64,000 nucleotides of DNA from a bacterium. Its GTDB lineage: Bacteria; Patescibacteriota; Dojkabacteria; GCA-016699595. Below are positions 41,332 through 50,127 of the stretch, one piece after another (position 1 is the first letter of the stretch; every line of letters starts with the position of its first letter). A model generated the notes under the pieces. That model saw nothing but the letters and a program-made list of their open reading frames with translations. It was not told where the DNA came from and did no database searches. The stretch is taken from NCBI GenBank assembly GCA_016699595.1, contig CP064982.1, positions 443,829 to 507,828 on the forward strand, given 5' to 3'. The translations under genes were made by a program, and so were the position numbers.

Positions 41332-41775
41332 TTATTCATCTTTTAATTCCGTCACATTGATATAGATCAGGTCTCCTAAAAGCCTATAATATATTCGTAA
41401 TCCTAACATGTCCAGCAATTTGTCTCCTTGAGGAGGTACATAATCTGCCACTTCTTTATTAGGCATATAATCTAACTTCAATTTTTTATTAGGCGTATTA
41501 TCTAACTCACCTTCTTTATCAGATGGAATATTTGCACCTGCATTTCCCGTTAGTATCATGTCTCCCTGTGTTCCTCTTTTAGGAAAAATGACTCCGTCAA
41601 AATTTATTTTATCATTATCGTCACGCTGAGGTTTCCAATTAAACCTCATTTCATCTCCATCAGAATCACTAAGTTTAAACAACTTTGTTATTTTGAATTG
41701 TTTTAAGTTAATCATATTCCAATTATAACTAATGTAATGTAATATGTCAAATAGTTTGCAACACAATTGAAACAA
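41332..41775 (-). CDS. hypothetical protein
   Basis: 147 aa. The real start is probably the internal MINLKQF. It is Asp/Gly/Asn-rich with no recognisable domain. Confidence 0.3.
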   Translation of the reverse strand: MFQLCCKLFDILHYISYNWNMINLKQFKITKLFKLSDSDGDEMRFNWKPQRDDNDKINFDGVIFPKRGTQGDMILTGNAGANIPSDKEGELDNTPNKKLKLDYMPNKEVADYVPPQGDKLLDMLGLRIYYRLLGDLIYINVTELKDE

Positions 41776-41823
41776 GCATTAATCTTACTGATTTAGTTTC
41801 AGATATTTGATAAACTAAATAAA

Positions 41824-44067
41824 GTGAATATTGCCCAATTCCTAGATCCAAAAAGTATAGCTATTTATGGAGTTTCCGAAGATCCCAAAAAAGTAGGTTC
41901 ACAAATATACTTCAATATAATTCACAATAACTTCAAAGGTCAAGTTTTCCCTATAAATCCGAACTATGATAGTGTTCATAATGTAAAATGTTATAAAAAT
42001 ATAATAGAACTAGCCTCCCTGACAAGGGAGGGTGTCACGGAAAGCGTGACGGGTGGGTTAAAAATTGATCTTGCAATTATTGTTACACCTTCTCAAACAA
42101 TTCCACAAATACTTGAAGAAATTGGTCAAACTCAGACCAAAAATGTAGTTATCATCTCAGCCGGTTTCAAAGAAATTGGAAAAGCTGGAATAGAACTGGA
42201 AAATAAAGTTTTGGAACTAGCAAGTAAATATGGATTAAATATTTTAGGACCAAATTGTTTAGGTTTTATAAATAACATTTCAAACTTGAATGCAACTTTT
42301 TCTTCAATTCAACCAAGACTAGGTAATGTTGCCTTTGTTTCACAATCTGGTGCAGTTGGAACTAGTTTTATGGATGTTTGCGAAGAGCGAGGTTTAGGTT
42401 TGAGTTATTTTGTTTCACTTGGAAATAAAGTTGGGATAAATGAAAATAACTTACTAGAATTTCTTTTGCGGGATCAAAAAACTGAAGTTATTGCATTTTA
42501 TCTAGAAGATTTTGAAAAAGGTTTAGACTTTATACAAATTATTGAAAATTATTCGCGTAATGGTAAACTTATCAAACCAATAGTGCTAATTCACCCCGGA
42601 AGTTCAGAACAGGCAAAATCTGCAGTTAGTTCGCATACTGGCTCTCTTGCTAAACCTTGGGACATTATAGAAACTGCACTTCAGAAATATGGAGTTATAA
42701 CCATTTCAAATATTGAAAGTTTTATAAATGTCATAACTCTTTTGAGTTGGAATTTAAATAATTTCTTAAGTTTTGAAAATAAATCACAAAACATTGATAA
42801 TGTTGCAAACAAGAAATCCCTAAACTTTACAGTTTTGACTAATGCTGGAGGTCCGGGAATTATTTTGACTGACCTACTTTCACATAATGGATTTAATTTA
42901 GATAAATTGAGTGATAAAACTTTGTCTAAATTGAATAATTCTGAAGTTCTGAAGAACAAAGGCTGTTCTTTTGCAAATCCAATTGATATAGTTGGTGATG
43001 CCAAAGTTGATAGATACAAAGAAAGTTTGGAAATAATTTTGAATGATCAAGGAATCAAGAATGTAATAATAATTCTAACTCCACAAAGTTCTACTGAAAT
43101 AAAAGAAACTGCAGAATTAATTATAAATTTGAAAAGTAAATTTAAAAGTAAGTTAATAATCCCACTTTTTGCAGGTGGCATTCATATCAAGCAAGCTCGA
43201 GATGAATTTTATAAAAATAGAATTATGAATTTCAAATATGACGATGATTTGATAGATACTTTGATTGCATTGAAAAACTGGGGTAATAATAAGTATATTT
43301 TGAATGTTCCAAATTTAGCTTCAGAAGCAAATTTGAATACTGTAAAACTTACAGAAGGGATTTTATCAGAATCTGAAGTTTTGAAACTTTGTGAAGATTA
43401 CAAAATCTCAATACCTAAGACCTTTTTGTTTGATAATGTTGATAAATTGAATGTGTCAATAGATCAAGTAGATTTCCCAGTTATTCTGAAAGCTACTTCA
43501 AAAGATGTACTTCATAAAACTGAAAATAAATTAGTTGAAATTGCTACAAATCGAATTGAGTTACAAAGTAAGTTTGTTGAAATGCAAAACAAAATTCAAA
43601 AAATTAAACTTTTAGACGAAAAAAATTCAGGTAATTTAGTTATAAATTTTGATAATTATTATCCTGATATTTTGATACAAAAAATGCTGCCAAAAAGTCT
43701 GGAGTTATTTGTTGGAGTGAAGCGAGATGGTGACAGTGAAGTATATCAAAGTAAATTTGGATTTGGACATATGTTGATTTTTGGGACTGGTGGAATATAT
43801 ACAGAAATTTACAATGATTTATCTAAAGTAATATTACCAATTGATCTGCTTGAAATTGAAACAATGATAAATAAAACTAAAGTTGGAAAAGTTTTGAATG
43901 GAGCTAGAGGAAAAGTCTTTGCAAAAGAAAAGTTGATAAATTTACTTTTGCATTTACAAAATTTGGTTTTCGATCATCCAGAAATTTCTGAAGTTGATAT
44001 AAACCCAATCATGATCTCTGAAAATTATGCTCAAGTTGTCGATATGAAAGTCATTGTTAAAAATTAG
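41824..44067 (+). CDS. acetyl-CoA synthetase (ADP-forming), fused alpha/beta domains (NDP-forming acyl-CoA synthetase)
   Basis: Has an N-terminal CoA-binding/succinyl-CoA-synthetase-like region (IAIYGVSEDPKKVGSQIY...VFPINP...DLAIIVTP...GPNCLGFIN) plus a C-terminal ATP-grasp region. It carries a 15-aa in-frame GC-rich insertion. Confidence 0.8.
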   Translation: MNIAQFLDPKSIAIYGVSEDPKKVGSQIYFNIIHNNFKGQVFPINPNYDSVHNVKCYKNIIELASLTREGVTESVTGGLKIDLAIIVTPSQTIPQILEEIGQTQTKNVVIISAGFKEIGKAGIELENKVLELASKYGLNILGPNCLGFINNISNLNATFSSIQPRLGNVAFVSQSGAVGTSFMDVCEERGLGLSYFVSLGNKVGINENNLLEFLLRDQKTEVIAFYLEDFEKGLDFIQIIENYSRNGKLIKPIVLIHPGSSEQAKSAVSSHTGSLAKPWDIIETALQKYGVITISNIESFINVITLLSWNLNNFLSFENKSQNIDNVANKKSLNFTVLTNAGGPGIILTDLLSHNGFNLDKLSDKTLSKLNNSEVLKNKGCSFANPIDIVGDAKVDRYKESLEIILNDQGIKNVIIILTPQSSTEIKETAELIINLKSKFKSKLIIPLFAGGIHIKQARDEFYKNRIMNFKYDDDLIDTLIALKNWGNNKYILNVPNLASEANLNTVKLTEGILSESEVLKLCEDYKISIPKTFLFDNVDKLNVSIDQVDFPVILKATSKDVLHKTENKLVEIATNRIELQSKFVEMQNKIQKIKLLDEKNSGNLVINFDNYYPDILIQKMLPKSLELFVGVKRDGDSEVYQSKFGFGHMLIFGTGGIYTEIYNDLSKVILPIDLLEIETMINKTKVGKVLNGARGKVFAKEKLINLLLHLQNLVFDHPEISEVDINPIMISENYAQVVDMKVIVKN
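42014..42050 (+). repeat. two adjacent perfect GC-rich hairpins (cctccct-gaca-agggagg and gtcacg-gaaag-cgtgac) embedded in-frame in the acetyl-CoA synthetase gene
   Basis: Direct inspection shows 7-bp and 6-bp perfect inverted repeats separated by 2 nt, in a ~60% GC patch inside a ~30% GC gene. They encode LTREGVTESVTGG, which is absent from typical ACD CoA-binding domains. Confidence 0.5.
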
Positions 44068-44073
44068 AATAAT

Positions 44074-45855
44074 ATGTCACAAACTACTCTAAAAATTCAC
44101 GGTCAATCTGGACAAGGAATTGAAACTCTTGGAATGATTTTGGCAAATTCTCTTCTGAAAAGTGGTTATTTTGTTTTTACACATAGAGAATACCCAAGTC
44201 TGATCAAGGGAGGCAATGCCAATTTTCAAATTGAGTTTGGAGATAAAGAAATCACTTCACCTCATGACAAGGTAAATATTTCCTTAGTTCTAAATAAACT
44301 TCAAACATTGTGGAAGCTTGATGAACTTGCAAAAAATGCTATTTTAATAACCGATGTTTCAACTCAAAAATTAACTGAAGCTGAAAATCAAATTATCAAA
44401 AATAAAAATGTAAATCAAATTTATATAAATACAGAACAAATTATAGCTGAAGCTCAAGCTGAAATTATTATGAAAAATATAGTTTTACTTGGGACTATAG
44501 CTCAAATAATTGGACTTGATCTAGAAGTAGTAAAAGATGTAATTTCAACTGAACTTGGTAATCACTCAGAAAAACTTGAGATGAATTTCAAATTACTTGA
44601 ACTTGGGTTTAATTATAATTTGGAAAACAAATTCAATTTTCCAACCTTAAAATTAAATGATAAAGTCGAAAATAATTCTAATAAAGCTTTGATGACAGGA
44701 CATGAAGCTTTATGTTTAGGTGCAATTTCAGCTGGTTTAAAGTTTTTCTTTGGTTACCCTATGACTCCAGCTTCAAATATTTTGAAATACTTGACTGAGA
44801 ATGCGAAAAAGTTTGATATATATGCTCGTCAAGTCGAAGATGAAATATCAGCAATAACGATGAGTTTAGGTTCATCATTAGGAGGAGTTAGGTCAATGAC
44901 TGCAACTTCTGGTGGTGGATATGATCTGATGACTGAGCAAATTTCATATGCTGGAATTTCTGAAACTCCAATTGTTGTAGTTTTAGGTCAAAGACCCGGA
45001 CCATCAACAGGTATGCCAACTTGGACTGCGCAAGGTGATCTGAATTTAGCAATTTACGGAGGACATGGAGAATTTCCGAAACTTGTTATGTCGCTTTCAG
45101 ATCCTTACACAGCTCACGAGCAAATTCAAAATGCTTTTAATTTTGCCGACAAGTATCAACTTCCTGTTATAGTTTTAACTGATAAATTTCTTGCTGAAAG
45201 TAATTTCACTGTAGATCCAACAAAATTCAAACAAATTGCAATTGATAGAAACTTAATAAGTTTGGATGATGTTACTTCCTTGGAGAAGCTACCGGAAGAG
45301 GAGAAAAGGTTTAGCGAAAAAAGATATGAATTTACTGCTTCTGGAATTTCTCCAAGATGGCTTCCTGGAACTTCAAGTTTTGACTATGATATCAATAGTG
45401 ATGAACATGATGAGTTTGGGAATGTAACTGAAGATGCAGACATAGCAAGTAGGATGTATGAAAAAAGAATGCGAAAATTGGTGAGCTTGAAACAAGAATT
45501 ACCTGAACCTGAGATTTTCACAAATCAAACTTTTGATGCACAAACAAATTTGGACAATTTGCAAAGTTATATATCATGGGGTTCAACGAAGTGCAATTTG
45601 CAAACTCATTTACAAAATTTAGATGACAAGAATATTCCAGCTCAATTTTTACACTTTGAGTATTTATGGCCACTCAAGACTGAAAAATTAATTAGGTTTC
45701 TAAATAAATATAAGGATGCAATAGTTGTTGAAAATAACTACGAAGGACAATTCGCAAATTTGATCCAAAAAGAAACTGGAATAATGATTGTTAATAGAAT
45801 TAATAATTGGAATGGTAGAAATATAAACTTCAATCAAAATGTCAAAGATCAGTGA
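44074..45855 (+). CDS. 2-oxoacid:ferredoxin oxidoreductase, fused gamma-alpha subunit
   Basis: Has the N-terminal gamma-domain pattern (KIHGQSGQGIETLGMILANSLLKSGYFVF) followed by the alpha domain (...GHEALCLGAISAGLKFFFGYPMTPASNI...). Confidence 0.85.
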   Translation: MSQTTLKIHGQSGQGIETLGMILANSLLKSGYFVFTHREYPSLIKGGNANFQIEFGDKEITSPHDKVNISLVLNKLQTLWKLDELAKNAILITDVSTQKLTEAENQIIKNKNVNQIYINTEQIIAEAQAEIIMKNIVLLGTIAQIIGLDLEVVKDVISTELGNHSEKLEMNFKLLELGFNYNLENKFNFPTLKLNDKVENNSNKALMTGHEALCLGAISAGLKFFFGYPMTPASNILKYLTENAKKFDIYARQVEDEISAITMSLGSSLGGVRSMTATSGGGYDLMTEQISYAGISETPIVVVLGQRPGPSTGMPTWTAQGDLNLAIYGGHGEFPKLVMSLSDPYTAHEQIQNAFNFADKYQLPVIVLTDKFLAESNFTVDPTKFKQIAIDRNLISLDDVTSLEKLPEEEKRFSEKRYEFTASGISPRWLPGTSSFDYDINSDEHDEFGNVTEDADIASRMYEKRMRKLVSLKQELPEPEIFTNQTFDAQTNLDNLQSYISWGSTKCNLQTHLQNLDDKNIPAQFLHFEYLWPLKTEKLIRFLNKYKDAIVVENNYEGQFANLIQKETGIMIVNRINNWNGRNINFNQNVKDQ

Positions 45856-46615
45856 TTATTATTCAAAAAACTTACCTACTTGGTGTGGAGGTTGTGGGAA
45901 TTATGGCATAATGTCAGCTGTTAAACTTGCACTAGTTGATTTGCAAATTGAATCTAAAGACTTATGCTATTGTTTTGATATTGGCTGCAATGGAAACATG
46001 AGCGACAAGATCAAAGGTTATAGATTTCATGGACTTCATGGACGAGTTTTGCCACTTGCAACAGGTTTGAAACTGTCTCAACCAAATTTGACAGTTCTAG
46101 CTTCAGGTGGAGACGGAGGAACTTATTCTGAAGGCATAAATCATTTTATACATTCTATCCGACATAATTATCCAATCACATTTTTAGTTCACGATAATCA
46201 TGATTATGGTCTGACAACCGGTCAATGTTCTGCAACTAGTCCAGATGGATTTAAGATGAATAGTAGTCCGGAAGGTCAACTTGGAGAAGTATTGAATCCT
46301 CTGAAACTTGCTATGTCAGTGAATGCAACATTTGTTGCTCAAACTAGTTCAAGTAATATCGAACAAATGAGAAAAGTTATCAAACTTGGAATTGAGCATC
46401 AGCATAAGAATAATGGTTTTGCATTTATAAACATCATTCAAGCATGTCCAACTTACAACAAGTATGGAATGGAAGAATTTATAAAAGGTAATTTATTTGA
46501 TGTAGATGAAGGAAATTCTAATGGTATAATTCATAATCCTAATGATTATCAAAGTGCGATTGATATAGTTGAAAAATACAGATACCCACTTGGCCTAATT
46601 TATCAAAGAATGTAG
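45839..46615 (+). CDS. 2-oxoacid:ferredoxin oxidoreductase beta subunit (TPP-binding)
   Basis: Has WCGGCGNYGIM ... GGDGG... thiamine-diphosphate-binding motifs. It overlaps the upstream alpha gene by 17 nt. Confidence 0.85.
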   Translation: MSKISDYYSKNLPTWCGGCGNYGIMSAVKLALVDLQIESKDLCYCFDIGCNGNMSDKIKGYRFHGLHGRVLPLATGLKLSQPNLTVLASGGDGGTYSEGINHFIHSIRHNYPITFLVHDNHDYGLTTGQCSATSPDGFKMNSSPEGQLGEVLNPLKLAMSVNATFVAQTSSSNIEQMRKVIKLGIEHQHKNNGFAFINIIQACPTYNKYGMEEFIKGNLFDVDEGNSNGIIHNPNDYQSAIDIVEKYRYPLGLIYQRM

Positions 46616-46652
46616 TGTAATACACAAGAAACTTAATATTTATTATTCTAAC

Positions 46653-47192
46653 TTGTCAAACTACTTAGCAATACAAAGTTCATTTCAACCTGAAGAATTA
46701 GTTATAGAAACTGAAGGTAATATTTTTTTGCATAAATTTAGCGAAACTGAAAAACCTGCCGAGAACCTAGCAAAAGTAACTAGTGCAATTTTCAGCAAAA
46801 ATAATCTCAAAGTTGATAATCTCGACTTTGTCATAGTTACAACAGGTCCTGGAAGTTTCACTGGACTGCGAGTTGGTATCGCATATGCAAAATCTTTAGT
46901 TCAATTTAATAAAAATATCAAGTTAATTGGTTTAAATTTGCTTCAAGTTGCAAAATGGAAATTTGGAAAAGATTCCTATCTTGATGCAAGAAACAATAGA
47001 TCATTTATTTTAGAAAATGATAAGTTAGTAGTTAAAAATAATTCTGAAATTGCAGAATTTGAAAATTTTGTAAATGCAAATACTTTGAATGCAAATGATT
47101 TAATTGATTATGTGAAGAATAATGCAGTTGCTGAAGTTACTAATTTTTATGAATTTTTGCCTGATTATGTGCTAGAGCCTAGGATCGGGTAA
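46653..47192 (+). CDS. tsaB: tRNA threonylcarbamoyladenosine biosynthesis protein TsaB (YeaZ-like), TTG start
   Basis: Has ...IVTTGPGSFTGLRVGIAYAKSL..., characteristic of TsaB/YeaZ. It is short (179 aa) with a truncated C-terminus, as in minimal genomes. Confidence 0.7.
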   Translation: MSNYLAIQSSFQPEELVIETEGNIFLHKFSETEKPAENLAKVTSAIFSKNNLKVDNLDFVIVTTGPGSFTGLRVGIAYAKSLVQFNKNIKLIGLNLLQVAKWKFGKDSYLDARNNRSFILENDKLVVKNNSEIAEFENFVNANTLNANDLIDYVKNNAVAEVTNFYEFLPDYVLEPRIG

Positions 47193-47347
47193 ATCAGTTT
47201 TATAAACTTTTTAAGCTTATACAATTATCTATTTCCAAGTAATCGCCTTGACTAGATCTAACTAACAAATTATTTATCTACATCTAAGATAGACTGTAAA
47301 TACTGTAATATTTCATCTACTTTTATCTGTTTTGTCGTAGATAAGTT

Positions 47348-49723
47348 CTACATTCTTCCTCTTCCCTGTATCTCTTGATCAACTGCATTTCTATCCCTTC
47401 CATACCTGAGTCTTGACAACTCTTTGATATTTCTAAATGTCCTTTCATTGACTGGGTACTCTGTTCCAGCTATTATTGTTGGCTTTACTGAATCATAGAA
47501 TGTGCTCATTGAAAATGGCGGAGGATATTCACCGTTTACGAGAAGTTTGATATAAGCATTGAAGTTTTCTAAGTTTATCAAGTCGTTCTGTGAAAATATA
47601 GGTGCGAATTCATTTTGCAAATAACTTGCATCTTCAACTCCAACTTTGAATGACAGCATAGTACCAACATTACCAAATACAGCATGTTTGATTTTCTCAT
47701 CAATTTGGGCTATATATTGATTCCCTATAATCAGATTTAATCTATATTTTCTTGCTTCAGACAATATTTGGGCAAATTCTTCAGAAGCAAAATTTTGAAA
47801 CTCATCAACATAAAGATAAAAATCCTTTCTGTCACTTTCATTCATATCAGCTCTACTCATAGCAGCAGACAATATCTTTGGAATCAATAACAATCCCAAA
47901 AATTGTGCATTTTCTTCACCAACTAAACCTTTTGATAAATTTACAATTAAAATTTTCTGTTCATCCATTACTTTTCTAAAGTCAAACGAAGATACTGATT
48001 GACCGAGTATATTTCTCATCATCCTATTCGTGATAAATCTATCAAACTTAGAAATAATGTAACCTAAAACTTCAGATTTATGAAATTCATTTGTTTGAGC
48101 AATTTCTTTTTCCCAATACTCTCTAACTAGCGGATCTTGAATATATGGCAAGTACATTTTTTTCAAAAATTGATAGTCATATAAAATTCTTGCAACTTCA
48201 ACCAATGTACCTCCAGGTCTTGACATAACTGTAAGTAATGCATTTCGAACTGATCTTTCAAGTCTAGGTCCAACTATACCTTGCTTGTTTGGGTCAAACA
48301 TTTTGTAAAGCAAACCGATAAATGAATTTGCAACACGATGTTTATCATCTTCAGAGTAAGCTTCTACGATATTGAATGCTAATGGTCTCTCAACATCAGC
48401 TGGATTGAAATAAATGACATCTTCAGCCCTCTCAGATGGAATTCTTTCAAGTACCCATTCTGCAGCATCTCCATGAGGATCGAGATACGCAATGCCGTGC
48501 CCCTGTTTGATATCTTGAATAATCATTGATTGCATAGCATATGATTTCCCAGCTCCAGTTTTTCCAACCATGTACATATGCCTCCTTCTATCATCAGGTG
48601 CAATCCAAACTTGTTTTTTTGAACCTCGAAAAATTGAATTTCCAAGCCAAACACCTGGTGGTCCAGAAGGCACCTCTTCTGATGCAGGTGCTCTTTTACT
48701 TAACAGCCAATGTATATAAGGTGTTTGCACATTCTTGTTTGGAAAGTGAAATACTGTTGCTAGTTCTTCAGTATTTAGAGTAGTTGTTTGTCTTGGATTT
48801 CTATAAATAAAATCTTCTTCAAATTGTTTTTTTTGCTTTTCGTTTTTAAATTTAACCTTTTTGAATCTATTGGAACCTTGAAGTTCCATAGGATCAAACG
48901 AGGCAAGTACATTTTCTACATGCATTTTTGCGACTTCAATAGTTTTTGAAGCTGCTACAACCCTGATATCTACCAAGAAACCTACTTTTAGAGTTTTCTT
49001 CTCAACGCTACCTACTGATTCATCATCTCTAGGTTTTGACTTCTTTCCCTCTTCGGAACTGCCTGAATCTCGTACAGATTTGATAAATGATCTCCCTGCC
49101 TTTCGCCATTTTTTACTAGCTGGGGTTATCAAAATTTGCACTGCAACACCTTCACCTTCATTCATCCGACTCATAGCAGTTGTTACAGCTGACATAGTAT
49201 CCACATGCAATTCAGAAAATACCTTTATAGGTTTATACGAAACTTCAGCAAGCTTCAAGCCTGCATATTCAACCACTGAATCTTCATGAAATATATTGTA
49301 TTCATCTACTTCTTTCACATCTGCCTCCTGGTAGCTTGCATGTATTTGTTTTTCAACCAGTTGGGAAATTTTTTTGGGAACTATGACATAAAATCTTATA
49401 GACTCAGGAAGTCCCACTATCTCAAAAGAAACATAGTTTGGAGTTTTGAATAATTTTTCGTGCCACTTCGTAGGAACGGACGAAATAGATGTAAGTGCAG
49501 CAAACATCTGTTCTGCAGCGTGTACATCAACATCATTCGCTTTTGGTAACCTAACTTCATAACAAACACTATTCAAAGCTCTTTTCAATTGTTGTTCTTC
49601 TCTTCGTCTTCGTGCAAACATCATAAATAATCCTATCCCAATAGCTACAAGCAAAGTAAGTAATATCAATAAAACTAAGTATAATATGGCAGATGAATTT
49701 GAAGTTGATGATACTGTTGTCAT
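47348..49723 (-). CDS. membrane-anchored P-loop ATPase of the TraD/VirD4 (T4CP)/FtsK-HerA superfamily
   Basis: Has one N-terminal TM and a ~350-aa linker. Walker A is MYMVGKTGAGKSYAM, followed by YLDPHGDAAE (the DPxG[DE] block typical of T4CP/FtsK). A ~245-aa insertion precedes Walker B LYVDEFQNF (the spacing is T4CP-like, consistent with an all-alpha domain), and an Arg-rich C-terminus follows. A VirB4-like alternative is not excluded. Confidence 0.6.
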   Translation of the reverse strand: MTTVSSTSNSSAILYLVLLILLTLLVAIGIGLFMMFARRRREEQQLKRALNSVCYEVRLPKANDVDVHAAEQMFAALTSISSVPTKWHEKLFKTPNYVSFEIVGLPESIRFYVIVPKKISQLVEKQIHASYQEADVKEVDEYNIFHEDSVVEYAGLKLAEVSYKPIKVFSELHVDTMSAVTTAMSRMNEGEGVAVQILITPASKKWRKAGRSFIKSVRDSGSSEEGKKSKPRDDESVGSVEKKTLKVGFLVDIRVVAASKTIEVAKMHVENVLASFDPMELQGSNRFKKVKFKNEKQKKQFEEDFIYRNPRQTTTLNTEELATVFHFPNKNVQTPYIHWLLSKRAPASEEVPSGPPGVWLGNSIFRGSKKQVWIAPDDRRRHMYMVGKTGAGKSYAMQSMIIQDIKQGHGIAYLDPHGDAAEWVLERIPSERAEDVIYFNPADVERPLAFNIVEAYSEDDKHRVANSFIGLLYKMFDPNKQGIVGPRLERSVRNALLTVMSRPGGTLVEVARILYDYQFLKKMYLPYIQDPLVREYWEKEIAQTNEFHKSEVLGYIISKFDRFITNRMMRNILGQSVSSFDFRKVMDEQKILIVNLSKGLVGEENAQFLGLLLIPKILSAAMSRADMNESDRKDFYLYVDEFQNFASEEFAQILSEARKYRLNLIIGNQYIAQIDEKIKHAVFGNVGTMLSFKVGVEDASYLQNEFAPIFSQNDLINLENFNAYIKLLVNGEYPPPFSMSTFYDSVKPTIIAGTEYPVNERTFRNIKELSRLRYGRDRNAVDQEIQGRGRM

Positions 49724-50127
49724 TTATTTTGATCGTTAGCAGTTTACAAAAACATTTGTAAAGTCTTTATACACAAATTTCAGGTTTGTCTTTTGTTTGA
49801 GATATAAATATTTGCAAGAATCTTACTAAATGTAAATACACATACTTACATAAATATTATTATAATTATTGTAATTGTAACCCAGGTAATACCTTACGTC
49901 ATTTCTAATTTGATCAGTTACAACTACTTCAAAAATATCATCACGGTTCTATTGAACTACAGTTACTTGTTACATAATTTCTTTAATTTATCAAACAGAG
50001 CCAAAAATCGTGTAGTTATCCCTAACAAATAATTAAAAATATTTGCCAGTTTTCAAAGCTTACTCTAAAATGAATTTTCTCGCAATTTATAAACTATTTT
50101 TAACAAAGACACTTTCTTTAAAAGAAA

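Noticed and set aside
47348-49723. Interpretation of the P-loop ATPase as part of an integrated conjugative element
   Set aside because: No integrase, relaxase, transposase, or flanking direct repeats or tRNA-adjacent att sites were seen in the surrounding 10 kb. Base composition also matches the rest of the window. I therefore treated it as chromosomal, but the whole-genome context is needed.
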